DNA from: Chloroflexota bacterium
Lineage (GTDB): Bacteria > Chloroflexota > Limnocylindria > QHBO01
DNA length: 54,638 nucleotides
NCBI GenBank assembly: GCA_040003165.1
Contig: JBDUDC010000001.1
Location: 1-54,638 of the forward strand
Direction: 5' to 3'
Under the pieces are notes generated by a model. The model saw only the letters and a program-made list of their open reading frames with translations, had not been told where the DNA came from and made no database searches. A program made the position numbers and the translations under genes. Shown piece after piece: positions 45,962-54,501 of the stretch (position 1 is the stretch's first letter; each line of letters opens with the position of its first letter).

Positions 45962-46928
45962 GGCGCCGTTGCCGGTCGATCCGAGCACGCTCGGGTTCGA
46001 GCGCATCCGCTACGCCAAGGATCCGGCGACGGCGGTCGCCACGGTCACCATCGCGCGGCCGCAGGTGCTCAACTGCTTCGACTTCCGCACCCTGCGCGAG
46101 CTGGGGCGCGCATTCGAGGACGCCGGGTGGGACGACTCGGTGGCGGTGGTGGTGGTCACCGGAGACGGGGATCGAGCCTTCTGCACCGGCGCGGACCTCG
46201 ACGAGCAGGCCGCCATGGGCGCGACCAGCGGCCAGTACTGGCGCTGGATGGGCGCTTTCGTGGAGATGCACGATCGGCTGCGCACAGTCGGCAAGCCGAC
46301 CATCGCACGCATCAACGGGGTCTGCGTGGGAGGTGGCCAGGAGCTGCAGCTCGCGTGCGACCTGTCGGTGATGGTCGACGACACCTACATCCGGCATGTG
46401 GGGCCGGAGCACGGATCGGTACCGGCGGGCGGCGCGACCCAGTGGCTGCCGCTGGTGGTCGGCGACCGTCGCGCGCGGGAGATCGTGATGCTGTGCGAGC
46501 CGATCGCGCCGGCGAAGGCCCTCGAGTGGGGGCTCGTGTCGCGCGTCGTCCCGCGCGCCGCGCTCGACACGACCGTTGCCGGGCTGGCAGAGCAGCTCCG
46601 CAGCAAGCTCCCCGAGACGATGCGCTACACCAAGGCACAGCTGAACTGGTGGCGTGACCTGGTCTGGTCGTCGACGATCAGCCACGCCCGCGACTGGCTG
46701 GCGGTGCACTCCACCTCGGACGAGACGCGGGAAGCGGTCGCCGCTTTCGGCGAGAAGCGTCCGCCGCGCTTCGACGAGCTGCGCTCGATGCAGGCAGCGG
46801 GTGGCCGCTCCTGCAAGCGCTGCGGGGCGCGCGGACTTCCCGCGGCGCACGGGTTCTGCGGGGTCTGCGGCTCGCCGCTCGGATCGCCATGGGAGCCCGG
46901 CGACAGAGCAGAGGCGGCCGATGCCTGA
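45948..46928 (+). CDS. Enoyl-CoA hydratase/isomerase family protein with C-terminal zinc-ribbon tail
   Basis: ATG at 45948 overlaps the ethD end. Crotonase core (VVVVTGDGDRAFCTGADL, ARINGVCVGGGQELQLACD) followed by CKRCGARG...FCGVCGSPL. Confidence 0.85.
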   Translation: MPEPEAPLPVDPSTLGFERIRYAKDPATAVATVTIARPQVLNCFDFRTLRELGRAFEDAGWDDSVAVVVVTGDGDRAFCTGADLDEQAAMGATSGQYWRWMGAFVEMHDRLRTVGKPTIARINGVCVGGGQELQLACDLSVMVDDTYIRHVGPEHGSVPAGGATQWLPLVVGDRRAREIVMLCEPIAPAKALEWGLVSRVVPRAALDTTVAGLAEQLRSKLPETMRYTKAQLNWWRDLVWSSTISHARDWLAVHSTSDETREAVAAFGEKRPPRFDELRSMQAAGGRSCKRCGARGLPAAHGFCGVCGSPLGSPWEPGDRAEAADA

Positions 46929-47703
46929 CGAAGCCCTGGTCCTGGTTGAGCGCCAGCCCGACCAGCGCACCGCGGTCGTCCGGCTGAACCGGCCGAAGCA
47001 GCTGAACGCGCTCAATGGCGCGGTCATGGACGCGCTGTGCGAGGCGCTCGAGGAGCTCGATCGTGACGAAGCGGTTCGCGCGATCGTGGTGACCGGCAAC
47101 GAGCGCGCCTTCGCCGCGGGTGCGGACATCGGGGAGATGGCGCAGGCGAGCGCGGTCGAGATGCTGCGCAGCAATCGCATCGGCCAGTGGGATCGGGTCC
47201 GACGCATCAGCAAGCCGGTCATCGCGGCGGTGAACGGCTGGTGCCTGGGGGGCGGCTGTGAGCTCGCGATGACGCTCGACCTGATCGTGGCGGGGGACGG
47301 CGCCAAGTTCGGGCAGCCGGAGATCAAGATCGGGGTCATTCCGGGAGCGGGCGGGACACAGCGCCTGACCCGCGCGATCGGCAAGGCGAAGGCGATGGAG
47401 ATGATCCTGACCGGCGACCCGATCTCCGCCACCGACGCCGAGCGTGCCGGCCTGGTGGCCCGGGTGGTGCCCGACGAGCTGGTCCTTGAGGACGCGCTCG
47501 CTCTCGCCGCGGCAATCGCGAAGCAGAGCCCGCTGGCATTGCGGCTGGCCAAGGAGGCGGTGAACGCGGCCTACGAGATGAGCTTGAGCGACGCGCTCAC
47601 CCACGAGCGTCGCCTCTTCTATCTGCTCTTCGCCAGCGACGACCAGAAAGAAGGGATGGCCGCCTTCCTGGAGAAGCGCAGCCCCGACTTCACCGGCCGA
47701 TGA
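46921..47703 (+). CDS. Enoyl-CoA hydratase (crotonase)
   Basis: VRLNRPKQLNALN, IVVTGNERAFAAGADI, AAVNGWCLGGGCELAMTLD. Its start overlaps the upstream stop (ATGCCTGA). Confidence 0.9.
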   Translation: MPDEALVLVERQPDQRTAVVRLNRPKQLNALNGAVMDALCEALEELDRDEAVRAIVVTGNERAFAAGADIGEMAQASAVEMLRSNRIGQWDRVRRISKPVIAAVNGWCLGGGCELAMTLDLIVAGDGAKFGQPEIKIGVIPGAGGTQRLTRAIGKAKAMEMILTGDPISATDAERAGLVARVVPDELVLEDALALAAAIAKQSPLALRLAKEAVNAAYEMSLSDALTHERRLFYLLFASDDQKEGMAAFLEKRSPDFTGR

Positions 47704-48644
47704 CGCTCGGCAATCCCGAGCGGGCCGTCGGCGGGCTGGCTGTCGCTCGCCCGCCGGGGGTCGAGCTCCGCCCGCTGGGGCGCGGCGACTTCGAGATTGC
47801 CCTGACCCTGGTCCGCGAGTTGTACGAGCTGCCGCGGACCGATGCGGCCGTGCATCGCCAGCGATTCGACGCACTCATCGCGGACGTCGATGCCGTGCCC
47901 TTCCTGACGCTCGCCGAGGGCCATCCGGCAGGCTTCATCGTATTTCGCCTCCGCCGACGCCTGGGGCGAGGCACGTACGAGGGTTGGGTGAGCGACCTGT
48001 ACGTGCGTGCCGCGTTGCGCGGCCGCGGGATCGGGCGCGCCCTGCTGGCTGCCGCGATCGCCGAGTGGCGGCTGCGCGGTGGTCACCGGCTGGTGCTCGA
48101 GACCGGGCGCGCGAACGTGGCCGCTCGTGCCCTGTACGAGTCGTTCGGCTTCCGCGTCCGCGGGACGCACTTCCAGCAGCGGCCGCTCCAGGCGCGTGGC
48201 GCGCCCGCGGTCGCGCGGCGAGCTGCGTCGGCGGACGACTTCAAGGCAATCCAGGCGTTGCTGGGCCTGGCCTCCGCCGATGAGGAGCGGCAGGCGGCCC
48301 TGACCCGCGTCCTGGACGCTCACCTCGCACGGCCGGACGTCGTGACCTGGCTTGCCGAAACGGACGGCTCGGCCACCGGGCTAGCGGCGCTCGAGCTGCG
48401 AGATCCGTTCTTCACCGTCGCGCCGCAGGGCTGGATCTCCGACCTGGTCGTCGGCGAGCCGGCGCGCGGGCGAGGCCTGGGCCGCGCCCTGCTCGACGCG
48501 GCGCTGATGGAGGCGGCGCGGCGGGGCGCATACGCGGTCGTGCTGGAGTGCGAGGCGGAGGCGGCGGCCACCGCACTTCTCACGCATGCCGGGTTCGTTG
48601 ACGTCGGCAGCAGCTACGTCCTCGAGCGGCAAGGCCCCGCGTGA
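47700..48644 (+). CDS. Tandem-GNAT N-acetyltransferase
   Basis: Two acetyl-CoA binding motifs: RGRGIGRALL (followed by ...YESFGF) and RGRGLGRALL. ATGA overlap with the upstream crotonase. Confidence 0.8.
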   Translation: MTLGNPERAVGGLAVARPPGVELRPLGRGDFEIALTLVRELYELPRTDAAVHRQRFDALIADVDAVPFLTLAEGHPAGFIVFRLRRRLGRGTYEGWVSDLYVRAALRGRGIGRALLAAAIAEWRLRGGHRLVLETGRANVAARALYESFGFRVRGTHFQQRPLQARGAPAVARRAASADDFKAIQALLGLASADEERQAALTRVLDAHLARPDVVTWLAETDGSATGLAALELRDPFFTVAPQGWISDLVVGEPARGRGLGRALLDAALMEAARRGAYAVVLECEAEAAATALLTHAGFVDVGSSYVLERQGPA

Positions 48645-48659
48645 TGCGCATCTTCTAAC

Positions 48660-48699
48660 GTGCTGTCCAGTCGCTCGCTGCCCCAATGTGCTGTCCAGT
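48660..48699 (+). promoter_or_regulatory. Direct repeat GTGCTGTCCAGT x2 (candidate regulator binding sites)
   Basis: Identical 12-mers at 48660-48671 and 48688-48699, each preceded by AAC or AAT. A partial inverted GGACAG sits at 48710-48715. All lie in a 260-nt lower-GC intergenic region. Confidence 0.3.
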
Positions 48700-48891
48700 G
48701 ACGTAGCGCGGACAGATCGCCACTAATGCGCCGCGGAGTTCCATTGACCTGCCCAAGGGCCAGTTAATGCACTACGGGGTCCCGTTGGGCTGCCAGCGGA
48801 CCTGATCGGCGCAGCGAACGGGGCTGGTGGGAGCATTGGCCGCGCTCGTCGGAATCGAGATCGCCCGGACCGAAGCGCGGATGCCAGTCGC

Positions 48892-48897
48892 TAGAAT
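48892..48897 (+). promoter_or_regulatory. -10-like box TAGAAT, 7 nt upstream of an ATG (leaderless-type start)
   Basis: cGCTAGAATCGGCcacATG at 48905. No Shine-Dalgarno sequence. Confidence 0.35.
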
Positions 48898-48904
48898 CGG
48901 CCAC

Positions 48905-49693
48905 ATGGAGCCGTCCCCGCCGTTCGAGTCCATCCGCTACCAGGTGGCGGACCGCATCGCCACGATCACGCTCAACCGGCCCGACAGCCTGAACGCGCTC
49001 AATGCCGAGATGCGCCGGGAGCTGCTCGAGGCCGTCAAGGCGGTGCGCCGCGACGACGGGATCCGGGCGGTGATCATCACCGGGGCGGGACGCGGTTTCT
49101 GCTCGGGCGCGGACCTACGGGGAGGCGGCGGCGAGCGCGAGTTCCGGCGCGTTCTCGTCGCGGAGTACAACCCGCTGATCACCGCCCTGCGCGACCTCGA
49201 GAAGCCGGTCGTGGCCGCGGTCAACGGTGTGGCGGCCGGGGCGGGTGTCTCGCTGGCGCTGGCGGCGGACCTGGTCGTGGCCAGCATCGAGGCCCGATTC
49301 ATTCTCGCCTTCGTGCGGATCGGCCTGGTGCCCGATTCGGGTGCCACGCGGACGCTGGTTCGCGCGCTCGGCCGCCACCGCGCGGCACAGCTCATCTTCA
49401 CAGGGGATCCACTGAGCGCGGAAGACGCAGCGAGCCGTGGGCTAGTGGCGGCGGTGGTGGCCGCGGAGGAGCTGGCGGCCGCCGCGTGGCAGCTCGCCGC
49501 CCGGCTGGCGGAGGGACCGACCAGGGCGATCGGCTACGCCAAGCGGATGATCAACGCGGCCGAGGACGCGACACTGGGCGAGAGCCTCGCCCTCGAGGCC
49601 GCGCTGCAGGAGATGGCGGGCAGGACCGAGGATCACGCAGAGGGGGTGGCCGCCTTCGGCGAGAAGCGCGAGCCGCGCTTCGCCGGACGCTGA
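48905..49693 (+). CDS. Enoyl-CoA hydratase/isomerase (PaaG-like)
   Basis: ATG at 48905 (MEPSPPFESIRYQVADRIATITLNRPDSLNALN). ITGAGRGFCSGADL, AAVNGVAAGAGVSLALAAD. Confidence 0.9.
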   Translation: MEPSPPFESIRYQVADRIATITLNRPDSLNALNAEMRRELLEAVKAVRRDDGIRAVIITGAGRGFCSGADLRGGGGEREFRRVLVAEYNPLITALRDLEKPVVAAVNGVAAGAGVSLALAADLVVASIEARFILAFVRIGLVPDSGATRTLVRALGRHRAAQLIFTGDPLSAEDAASRGLVAAVVAAEELAAAAWQLAARLAEGPTRAIGYAKRMINAAEDATLGESLALEAALQEMAGRTEDHAEGVAAFGEKREPRFAGR

Positions 49694-49697
49694 GCAG

Positions 49698-50906
49698 GTG
49701 GCCGAGATCTCCACCATCGGCGTGCTGGGAGCGGGGACCATGGGTGCCGGGATTGCGCAGGTCGCCGCCGAGTCCGGCTTCCAGGTGCTCGTCCACGAGG
49801 CACAGGAGGGCGGCTTCGACCGCGCTCGCCAGCGGATCGATGGCTTCCTCCGGCGCAAGGCGGAGAAGGGCGAGCTGAAGGGCGACGAGGTGGCGGACGC
49901 GCTGCGACGGATCACGGCCGTCGACGCGATCGAGAAGCTCGGGGCCGCGGACCTGGTGATCGAGGCCATTCCCGAGGACCTGGAGCTCAAGCGCGACGCG
50001 TTCGGGCGCCTGGACGCGGCCGCCGGCGACGAGACGATCCTCGCCACCAACACGAGCTCGCTCTCCGTCGCGCGCATCGCGGCCGCCACCGAGCACCCGG
50101 AGCGGGTGGTCGGGATGCACTTCTTCAACCCGGTGCCGCTCATGGCCCTCGTCGAGGTGATCGCCGGGCCGATGACCGGGCCCGCCTGCCTCGAGGCGAC
50201 GGTGCGGGCGGCGACGCGGCTCGGCAAGACCCCGGTGATCGCGGCCGACACGCCCGGCTTCATCGTCAACCGGGTCGCCCGGCCGTACTACCTCGAAGCG
50301 CTGCGGATCGTGGGCGACGCGGCTGCGAGCGTGGAGGCGGTCGACGGCGCCATGCGGGGAATCGGCTTTCGGATGGGTCCGTTTGAGCTCATTGACGCCA
50401 TCGGCGCCGACGTCAACCTCGCCGTCAGCCAGGCGGTCTTCGAGCAGTTCTTCTTCGACGCTCGATACCGCCCCCATCCCCTGCAGCGCACCCTGGTGGA
50501 GGCCGGACGCCTCGGGCGCAAGTCGGGTGGTGGCTTCTACGACTATGCCGAGGATGGATCGCCCCGCGGCGTCTGGGAGGGAGTCTCCCGGCACGTTTCG
50601 GGTCCCACCCTCGATACCCTCGAGGAGGGCGGCATCGTCGCGCGCATCCTTGCCACCATCGTCAACGAGGCCGCCTCGGCGGTGGCGGCGGGCGGCGCGA
50701 CGCCGGAAGCCATCGACACCGCGATGAGGCTCGGCACGAACTACCCGTCGGGGCCGCTCGAGTGGGGTGAGCGGATCGGCCTCGGCCCGGTGGTCGGCAC
50801 GCTCGACACGCTGCACGACCTGGTGCCTGACGGTCGCTACCGGGTGACCCCGCTTCTCCGTTCGCTGGCGGAGCGGAATGGCTCCTTCTTTGAGCTGCGA
50901 GACTGA
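49698..50906 (+). CDS. 3-hydroxyacyl-CoA dehydrogenase (NAD-binding plus duplicated C-terminal domain)
   Basis: GTG start. IGVLGAGTMGAGIAQV Rossmann motif, NTSSL, HFFNPV. Confidence 0.9.
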   Translation: MAEISTIGVLGAGTMGAGIAQVAAESGFQVLVHEAQEGGFDRARQRIDGFLRRKAEKGELKGDEVADALRRITAVDAIEKLGAADLVIEAIPEDLELKRDAFGRLDAAAGDETILATNTSSLSVARIAAATEHPERVVGMHFFNPVPLMALVEVIAGPMTGPACLEATVRAATRLGKTPVIAADTPGFIVNRVARPYYLEALRIVGDAAASVEAVDGAMRGIGFRMGPFELIDAIGADVNLAVSQAVFEQFFFDARYRPHPLQRTLVEAGRLGRKSGGGFYDYAEDGSPRGVWEGVSRHVSGPTLDTLEEGGIVARILATIVNEAASAVAAGGATPEAIDTAMRLGTNYPSGPLEWGERIGLGPVVGTLDTLHDLVPDGRYRVTPLLRSLAERNGSFFELRD

Positions 50907-50912
50907 GCCGGG

Positions 50913-51554
50913 GTGCCCCTTCTCGGCCGGTTTCGGGCCGTCGTCTTCGACATGGACGGGCTCCTACTCGACACCGAGGTCCTCTGGCAGCAGGCGGAGG
51001 AGGAGCTCTTCCGGCGCCACGGGGACCGGTTCACGCACGCCGACAAGCTGGCGGTGATGGGCACCAGCTTCGCGATGACCGCGCGCTACTTCGCCGAGCG
51101 GCTTGGCGAGCCCGAGGACCGGGGCTCTGCGCTCGTCGATGAGCTGCGCGAGGTGATGCACGGGCTGCTGCAGGAGCAGGTCTCGAGCCGGCCCGGGGCG
51201 CTGGAGCTGATCGCTCGGCTCCGCGACGACGGGGTCCGCCTGGCCCTCGCCTCCAACTCGTCGCGCTTCCTGGTCGACACCGCGCTTGCGACCGCGGGCG
51301 TGACCGATGCGTTCGAGGCGATCGTCACTTCCGACGACGTCGACCACGCCAAGCCGGCACCCGACATCTACCTGCTCGCCTGCGCTCGCCTGGGCGTGCC
51401 ACCGGCCGACGCGCTCGCGCTCGAGGATTCCGCCCCCGGCATCGAGGCCGCGAAGGCGGCGGGGATGGTCTGCATCGCGGTCCCGCAGTTCGCCGAGACC
51501 GATGTCTCGGCCGCGGACCGGGTCATCGACTCGCTGGAAGAGCTGCTCGTCTGA
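50913..51554 (+). CDS. HAD-superfamily hydrolase (subfamily IA)
   Basis: VVFDMDGLLLDTE (DxD motif), ...ASNS..., ...EDSAPGIEAAKAAGM. Confidence 0.85.
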   Translation: MPLLGRFRAVVFDMDGLLLDTEVLWQQAEEELFRRHGDRFTHADKLAVMGTSFAMTARYFAERLGEPEDRGSALVDELREVMHGLLQEQVSSRPGALELIARLRDDGVRLALASNSSRFLVDTALATAGVTDAFEAIVTSDDVDHAKPAPDIYLLACARLGVPPADALALEDSAPGIEAAKAAGMVCIAVPQFAETDVSAADRVIDSLEELLV

Positions 51555-51566
51555 CGCCGCGCTACC

Positions 51567-51797
51567 ATGTTCGGCATGTGCCGAAGCATCAAGACCCTCC
51601 GGGTCGGAGCCATTCCCGCCAGCGAAGACGAGATCACCGCGGCCGCTCTGCAGTACGTCCGCAAGGTGAGCGGCTACCGCAAGCCCTCGGGCGCCAACGA
51701 GAGCGCCTTCAACAAAGCCGTGGCCGACGTGGCGGTGGCGTCGAAGCGGCTTCTCGACGCGGTGGCGGAGACCCACCCCGCTCGTCGGAGCGCGTAG
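51567..51797 (+). CDS. DUF2277-like small protein
   Basis: MCRSIKTLR....SEDEITAAALQYVRKVSG is the family signature. The start may be the ATG at 51576. Confidence 0.65.
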   Translation: MFGMCRSIKTLRVGAIPASEDEITAAALQYVRKVSGYRKPSGANESAFNKAVADVAVASKRLLDAVAETHPARRSA

Positions 51798-53189
51798 TCA
51801 GCCCAGCCGGTAGCCGAGCAGGCGGGGCAGCCGGGCGAAGAAGCGGACGATCGCGCCCGGACGGCGGCCGGCGTCGGTCGCGTCGTCGTGCCGGATCAGG
51901 GCCTCACGGATGAGCCGCGCGCCGAGGTAGCGCATCGGCTCGGGCGGGAAGGCCCTGGCCCGATGGTTCACGATCGGCAGCCGGGCCAGGCGGTCGTCGC
52001 CCCCGTCGATCCGCGCCGCCAGGATGCGCCCCGCCAGGTACGAAGGACCAACCCCGTTGCCCGAGTAGCCGTGCGCGAAGTGCACCCGGCCGCCGGCGCG
52101 CGAGCCGATCGCCGGCAGCCGCTCCGAGGAGACATCGATCGGCCCTCCCCAGGCGTCGGTGAATCGGGCGTCGCTCAGCATTGGAAAGAGCCGCGCCAGC
52201 CCGGCGCGCGCTCGCTGCGAGGCGCGCTCGTCGTGGTCGAAGACGCTGCCGATCCGCCCGCCGAAGCCGGCAGCCCCGACCCCCGCACCGAACGCGATGC
52301 GGCCATCGGCCGTGGTGCGGAAGTAGTGGATCGTGAAGCGTGCGTCGCTGATCCCCTCGCCGCCGGTCCAGCCGATCGCCTCGAGCCGTTCGGGGATCGG
52401 CTCGGTCAGCACGATGTGGCTGCCCCACGTCACGAGCGAGGTGCGGAAGCCGGGCCAGCCGGCGGCCCACGCGTTCAGGGCGAGCACGACCTGGGGCGCC
52501 CTCACCTCGCCGCGCTCCGCGACGATTCGCATCGGGGAGCCGGTTACGACGCGCTGCACCCGGGTGGCCTCGTGGATCTTGACCCCGCGCTCGAGCAGGA
52601 TCCGGCGCAGTCCGCGGGCGAGGCGCGCGGGCTGGACGGTCGCCGCACTCGGCATGAAGACGGCCCCCCGGAAGGCGGGAGAGTCGCAATGCCGCCGCGC
52701 CTCCTCGCCGCTCAGCTCGACGTACTGCTCGCCGACGCCCAGCCGGGCGCAGGTGCTGACCGCATGCTCCCAGTCGTGGTCCTGAGCCACCGACGCGCTC
52801 ATCTGGAGGTAGCCCGCCTCCCGAAACCAGGCGTCTACCTCGTGCCGCGCGCAGAAGTCGCGGATCCCGGCCACCGACTCGTCCGCCGCCCACGCCAGCT
52901 CCAGCGCGCCCTCCGCCCCGTACAGCTCCTCAAGCAAGGGGAGCTGATCCCACCACCCGTGCAGGAAGCCGCCGTTGCGGCCGCTGGGGCCGCTACCGCA
53001 GATGTCCTGCTCGAACAGCACGATGCGAACGCCAGGAGCCCGCTCGGTGAGGGCGTAGGCGGTCCACATCCCCGTGTAGCCGCCGCCGATGATTGCCACG
53101 TCGCACTCGGCCGAACCCACGAGCGGAGGCGCCGGAGCCTCGTCGTCGGCACCTGCCTCGCGCAGCCAGTAGCTTCGGTCGCTGCTCAT
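51798..53189 (-). CDS. FAD-dependent oxidoreductase (DAO family)
   Basis: ATG at 53189 (MSSDRSYWL...). DVAIIGGGYTGMWTAYAL dinucleotide fold. The upstream part of track ORF 51798..53726 is a shadow of the thiolase gene. Confidence 0.85.
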   Translation of the reverse strand: MSSDRSYWLREAGADDEAPAPPLVGSAECDVAIIGGGYTGMWTAYALTERAPGVRIVLFEQDICGSGPSGRNGGFLHGWWDQLPLLEELYGAEGALELAWAADESVAGIRDFCARHEVDAWFREAGYLQMSASVAQDHDWEHAVSTCARLGVGEQYVELSGEEARRHCDSPAFRGAVFMPSAATVQPARLARGLRRILLERGVKIHEATRVQRVVTGSPMRIVAERGEVRAPQVVLALNAWAAGWPGFRTSLVTWGSHIVLTEPIPERLEAIGWTGGEGISDARFTIHYFRTTADGRIAFGAGVGAAGFGGRIGSVFDHDERASQRARAGLARLFPMLSDARFTDAWGGPIDVSSERLPAIGSRAGGRVHFAHGYSGNGVGPSYLAGRILAARIDGGDDRLARLPIVNHRARAFPPEPMRYLGARLIREALIRHDDATDAGRRPGAIVRFFARLPRLLGYRLG

Positions 53190-53239
53190 CGGGTAAGTAT
53201 TGCCTCGCAGCGCGCACCGGCGGCACGTCAATGCGGTGC

Positions 53240-53245
53240 TAGCAT
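53240..53245 (+). promoter_or_regulatory. -10-like box TAGCAT, 8 nt upstream of the thiolase ATG
   Basis: tGCTAGCATCGGCcgcgATG at 53254. Same sequence context as at 48892. Confidence 0.3.
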
Positions 53246-53253
53246 CGGCCGCG

Positions 53254-54483
53254 ATGCCGACGCAGACCGACCCTGCCCACACGCCCGTCATCGTGGATGG
53301 GATCCGCACCCCCTTCGGCCGGTATGGCGGCGCGTTGAAGGAGGTCCGGCCCGATGACCTCGCCGCCCACGTGGTGCGTGCCCTGGTCGAGCGGGCCGGG
53401 ATCGCCGCCGAGCAGATCGACGACGTGATCCTCGGTGCGGCGAACCAGGCCGGCGAGGACAACCGGAACGTGGGCCGCATGGCCGCCCTGCTGGCCGGGC
53501 TGCCGGTCAGCGTCGCGGGCCAGACCGTCAACCGCCTCTGCGGCTCGGGCCTGCAGGCGATCGTCAGCGCGGCGCACGCGATCGCATACGGCGACGGATC
53601 GGTCTTCGTGGCGGGTGGCGTCGAGTCGATGACCCGGGCGCCATTCGTGGTCGCGAAGGCCTCCGCTGCCTTCCCGCGCGGTGAGCAGACGATGTACGAC
53701 ACCACCCTCGGCTGGCGCTTCACCAACCCCCGCCTGGCCGATGCCTACTACCCGTACTCGATGGGTGAGACGGCCGAGAACGTGGCTGAGCGCTGCGGTG
53801 TCGGGCGGGAGGAGCAGGACGCCTTCGCGCTCCAGTCCCAGCAGCGATGGGCGGCCGCTGACGCCGCCGGCCGCTTCGCCGATGAGCTCGTTGCCATCGA
53901 GGTTCCGGCCGGCCGTGGTCAGACCGCGAAGGTCGACCGCGACGAGCACCCGCGCCCGGAGACCACGATCGAGCAGCTTGCGGGGCTCAAGCCGGCCTTC
54001 AGCAAGAAGCCGGATGCCTCCGTCACGGCGGGCAATGCCTCGGGGATCAACGACGGCGCGGCGGCGCTGCTGCTGACCTCCGCCCAGCGGGCCTCGGAGC
54101 TCGGCCTTCGACCGCTCGGCCGCCTGGTTGCCTCCGCCGTTGCCGGCGTCGACCCCGCCACGATGGGGCTGGGCCCCATCCCGGCGACGCGTGCCGCGCT
54201 CGAGCGGGCGGGCATCACCGTTGCTGACCTGGATCTCGTCGAGCTCAACGAGGCCTTCGCCTCGCAGGCGCTCGCCTGCATCCGCGAGCTCGGCCTTGAC
54301 CGCGACAAGGTGAACGTGAACGGTGGGGCGATCGCCATCGGCCACCCGCTCGGCGCGTCGGGCGCTCGGCTGGCGACCACGCTGCTGCACGAGATGCGCC
54401 GCCGCGGCGCCCGATACGGGCTGGCGACGATGTGCATCGGCGTCGGCCAGGGGATCGCGGCGGTGTTCGAGGCATCGGAGTAG
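53254..54483 (+). CDS. Acetyl-CoA C-acyltransferase (thiolase)
   Basis: [11 protein letters not shown] (active-site Cys), [31 protein letters not shown]. Confidence 0.92.
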   Translation: MPTQTDPAHTPVIVDGIRTPFGRYGGALKEVRPDDLAAHVVRALVERAGIAAEQIDDVILGAANQAGEDNRNVGRMAALLAGLPVSVAGQTVNRLCGSGLQAIVSAAHAIAYGDGSVFVAGGVESMTRAPFVVAKASAAFPRGEQTMYDTTLGWRFTNPRLADAYYPYSMGETAENVAERCGVGREEQDAFALQSQQRWAAADAAGRFADELVAIEVPAGRGQTAKVDRDEHPRPETTIEQLAGLKPAFSKKPDASVTAGNASGINDGAAALLLTSAQRASELGLRPLGRLVASAVAGVDPATMGLGPIPATRAALERAGITVADLDLVELNEAFASQALACIRELGLDRDKVNVNGGAIAIGHPLGASGARLATTLLHEMRRRGARYGLATMCIGVGQGIAAVFEASE

Positions 54484-54501
54484 AGCAGGTGGACCGCCCC
54501 G

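Noticed and set aside
48744-48770. Sigma-70-like TTGACC ... TAATGC pair in the 48.6-48.9 kb intergenic region.
   Set aside because: The spacer is only about 15 nt by my count, and the -10 candidate is poor. The TAGAAT box at 48892 next to the ATG is a better promoter candidate.
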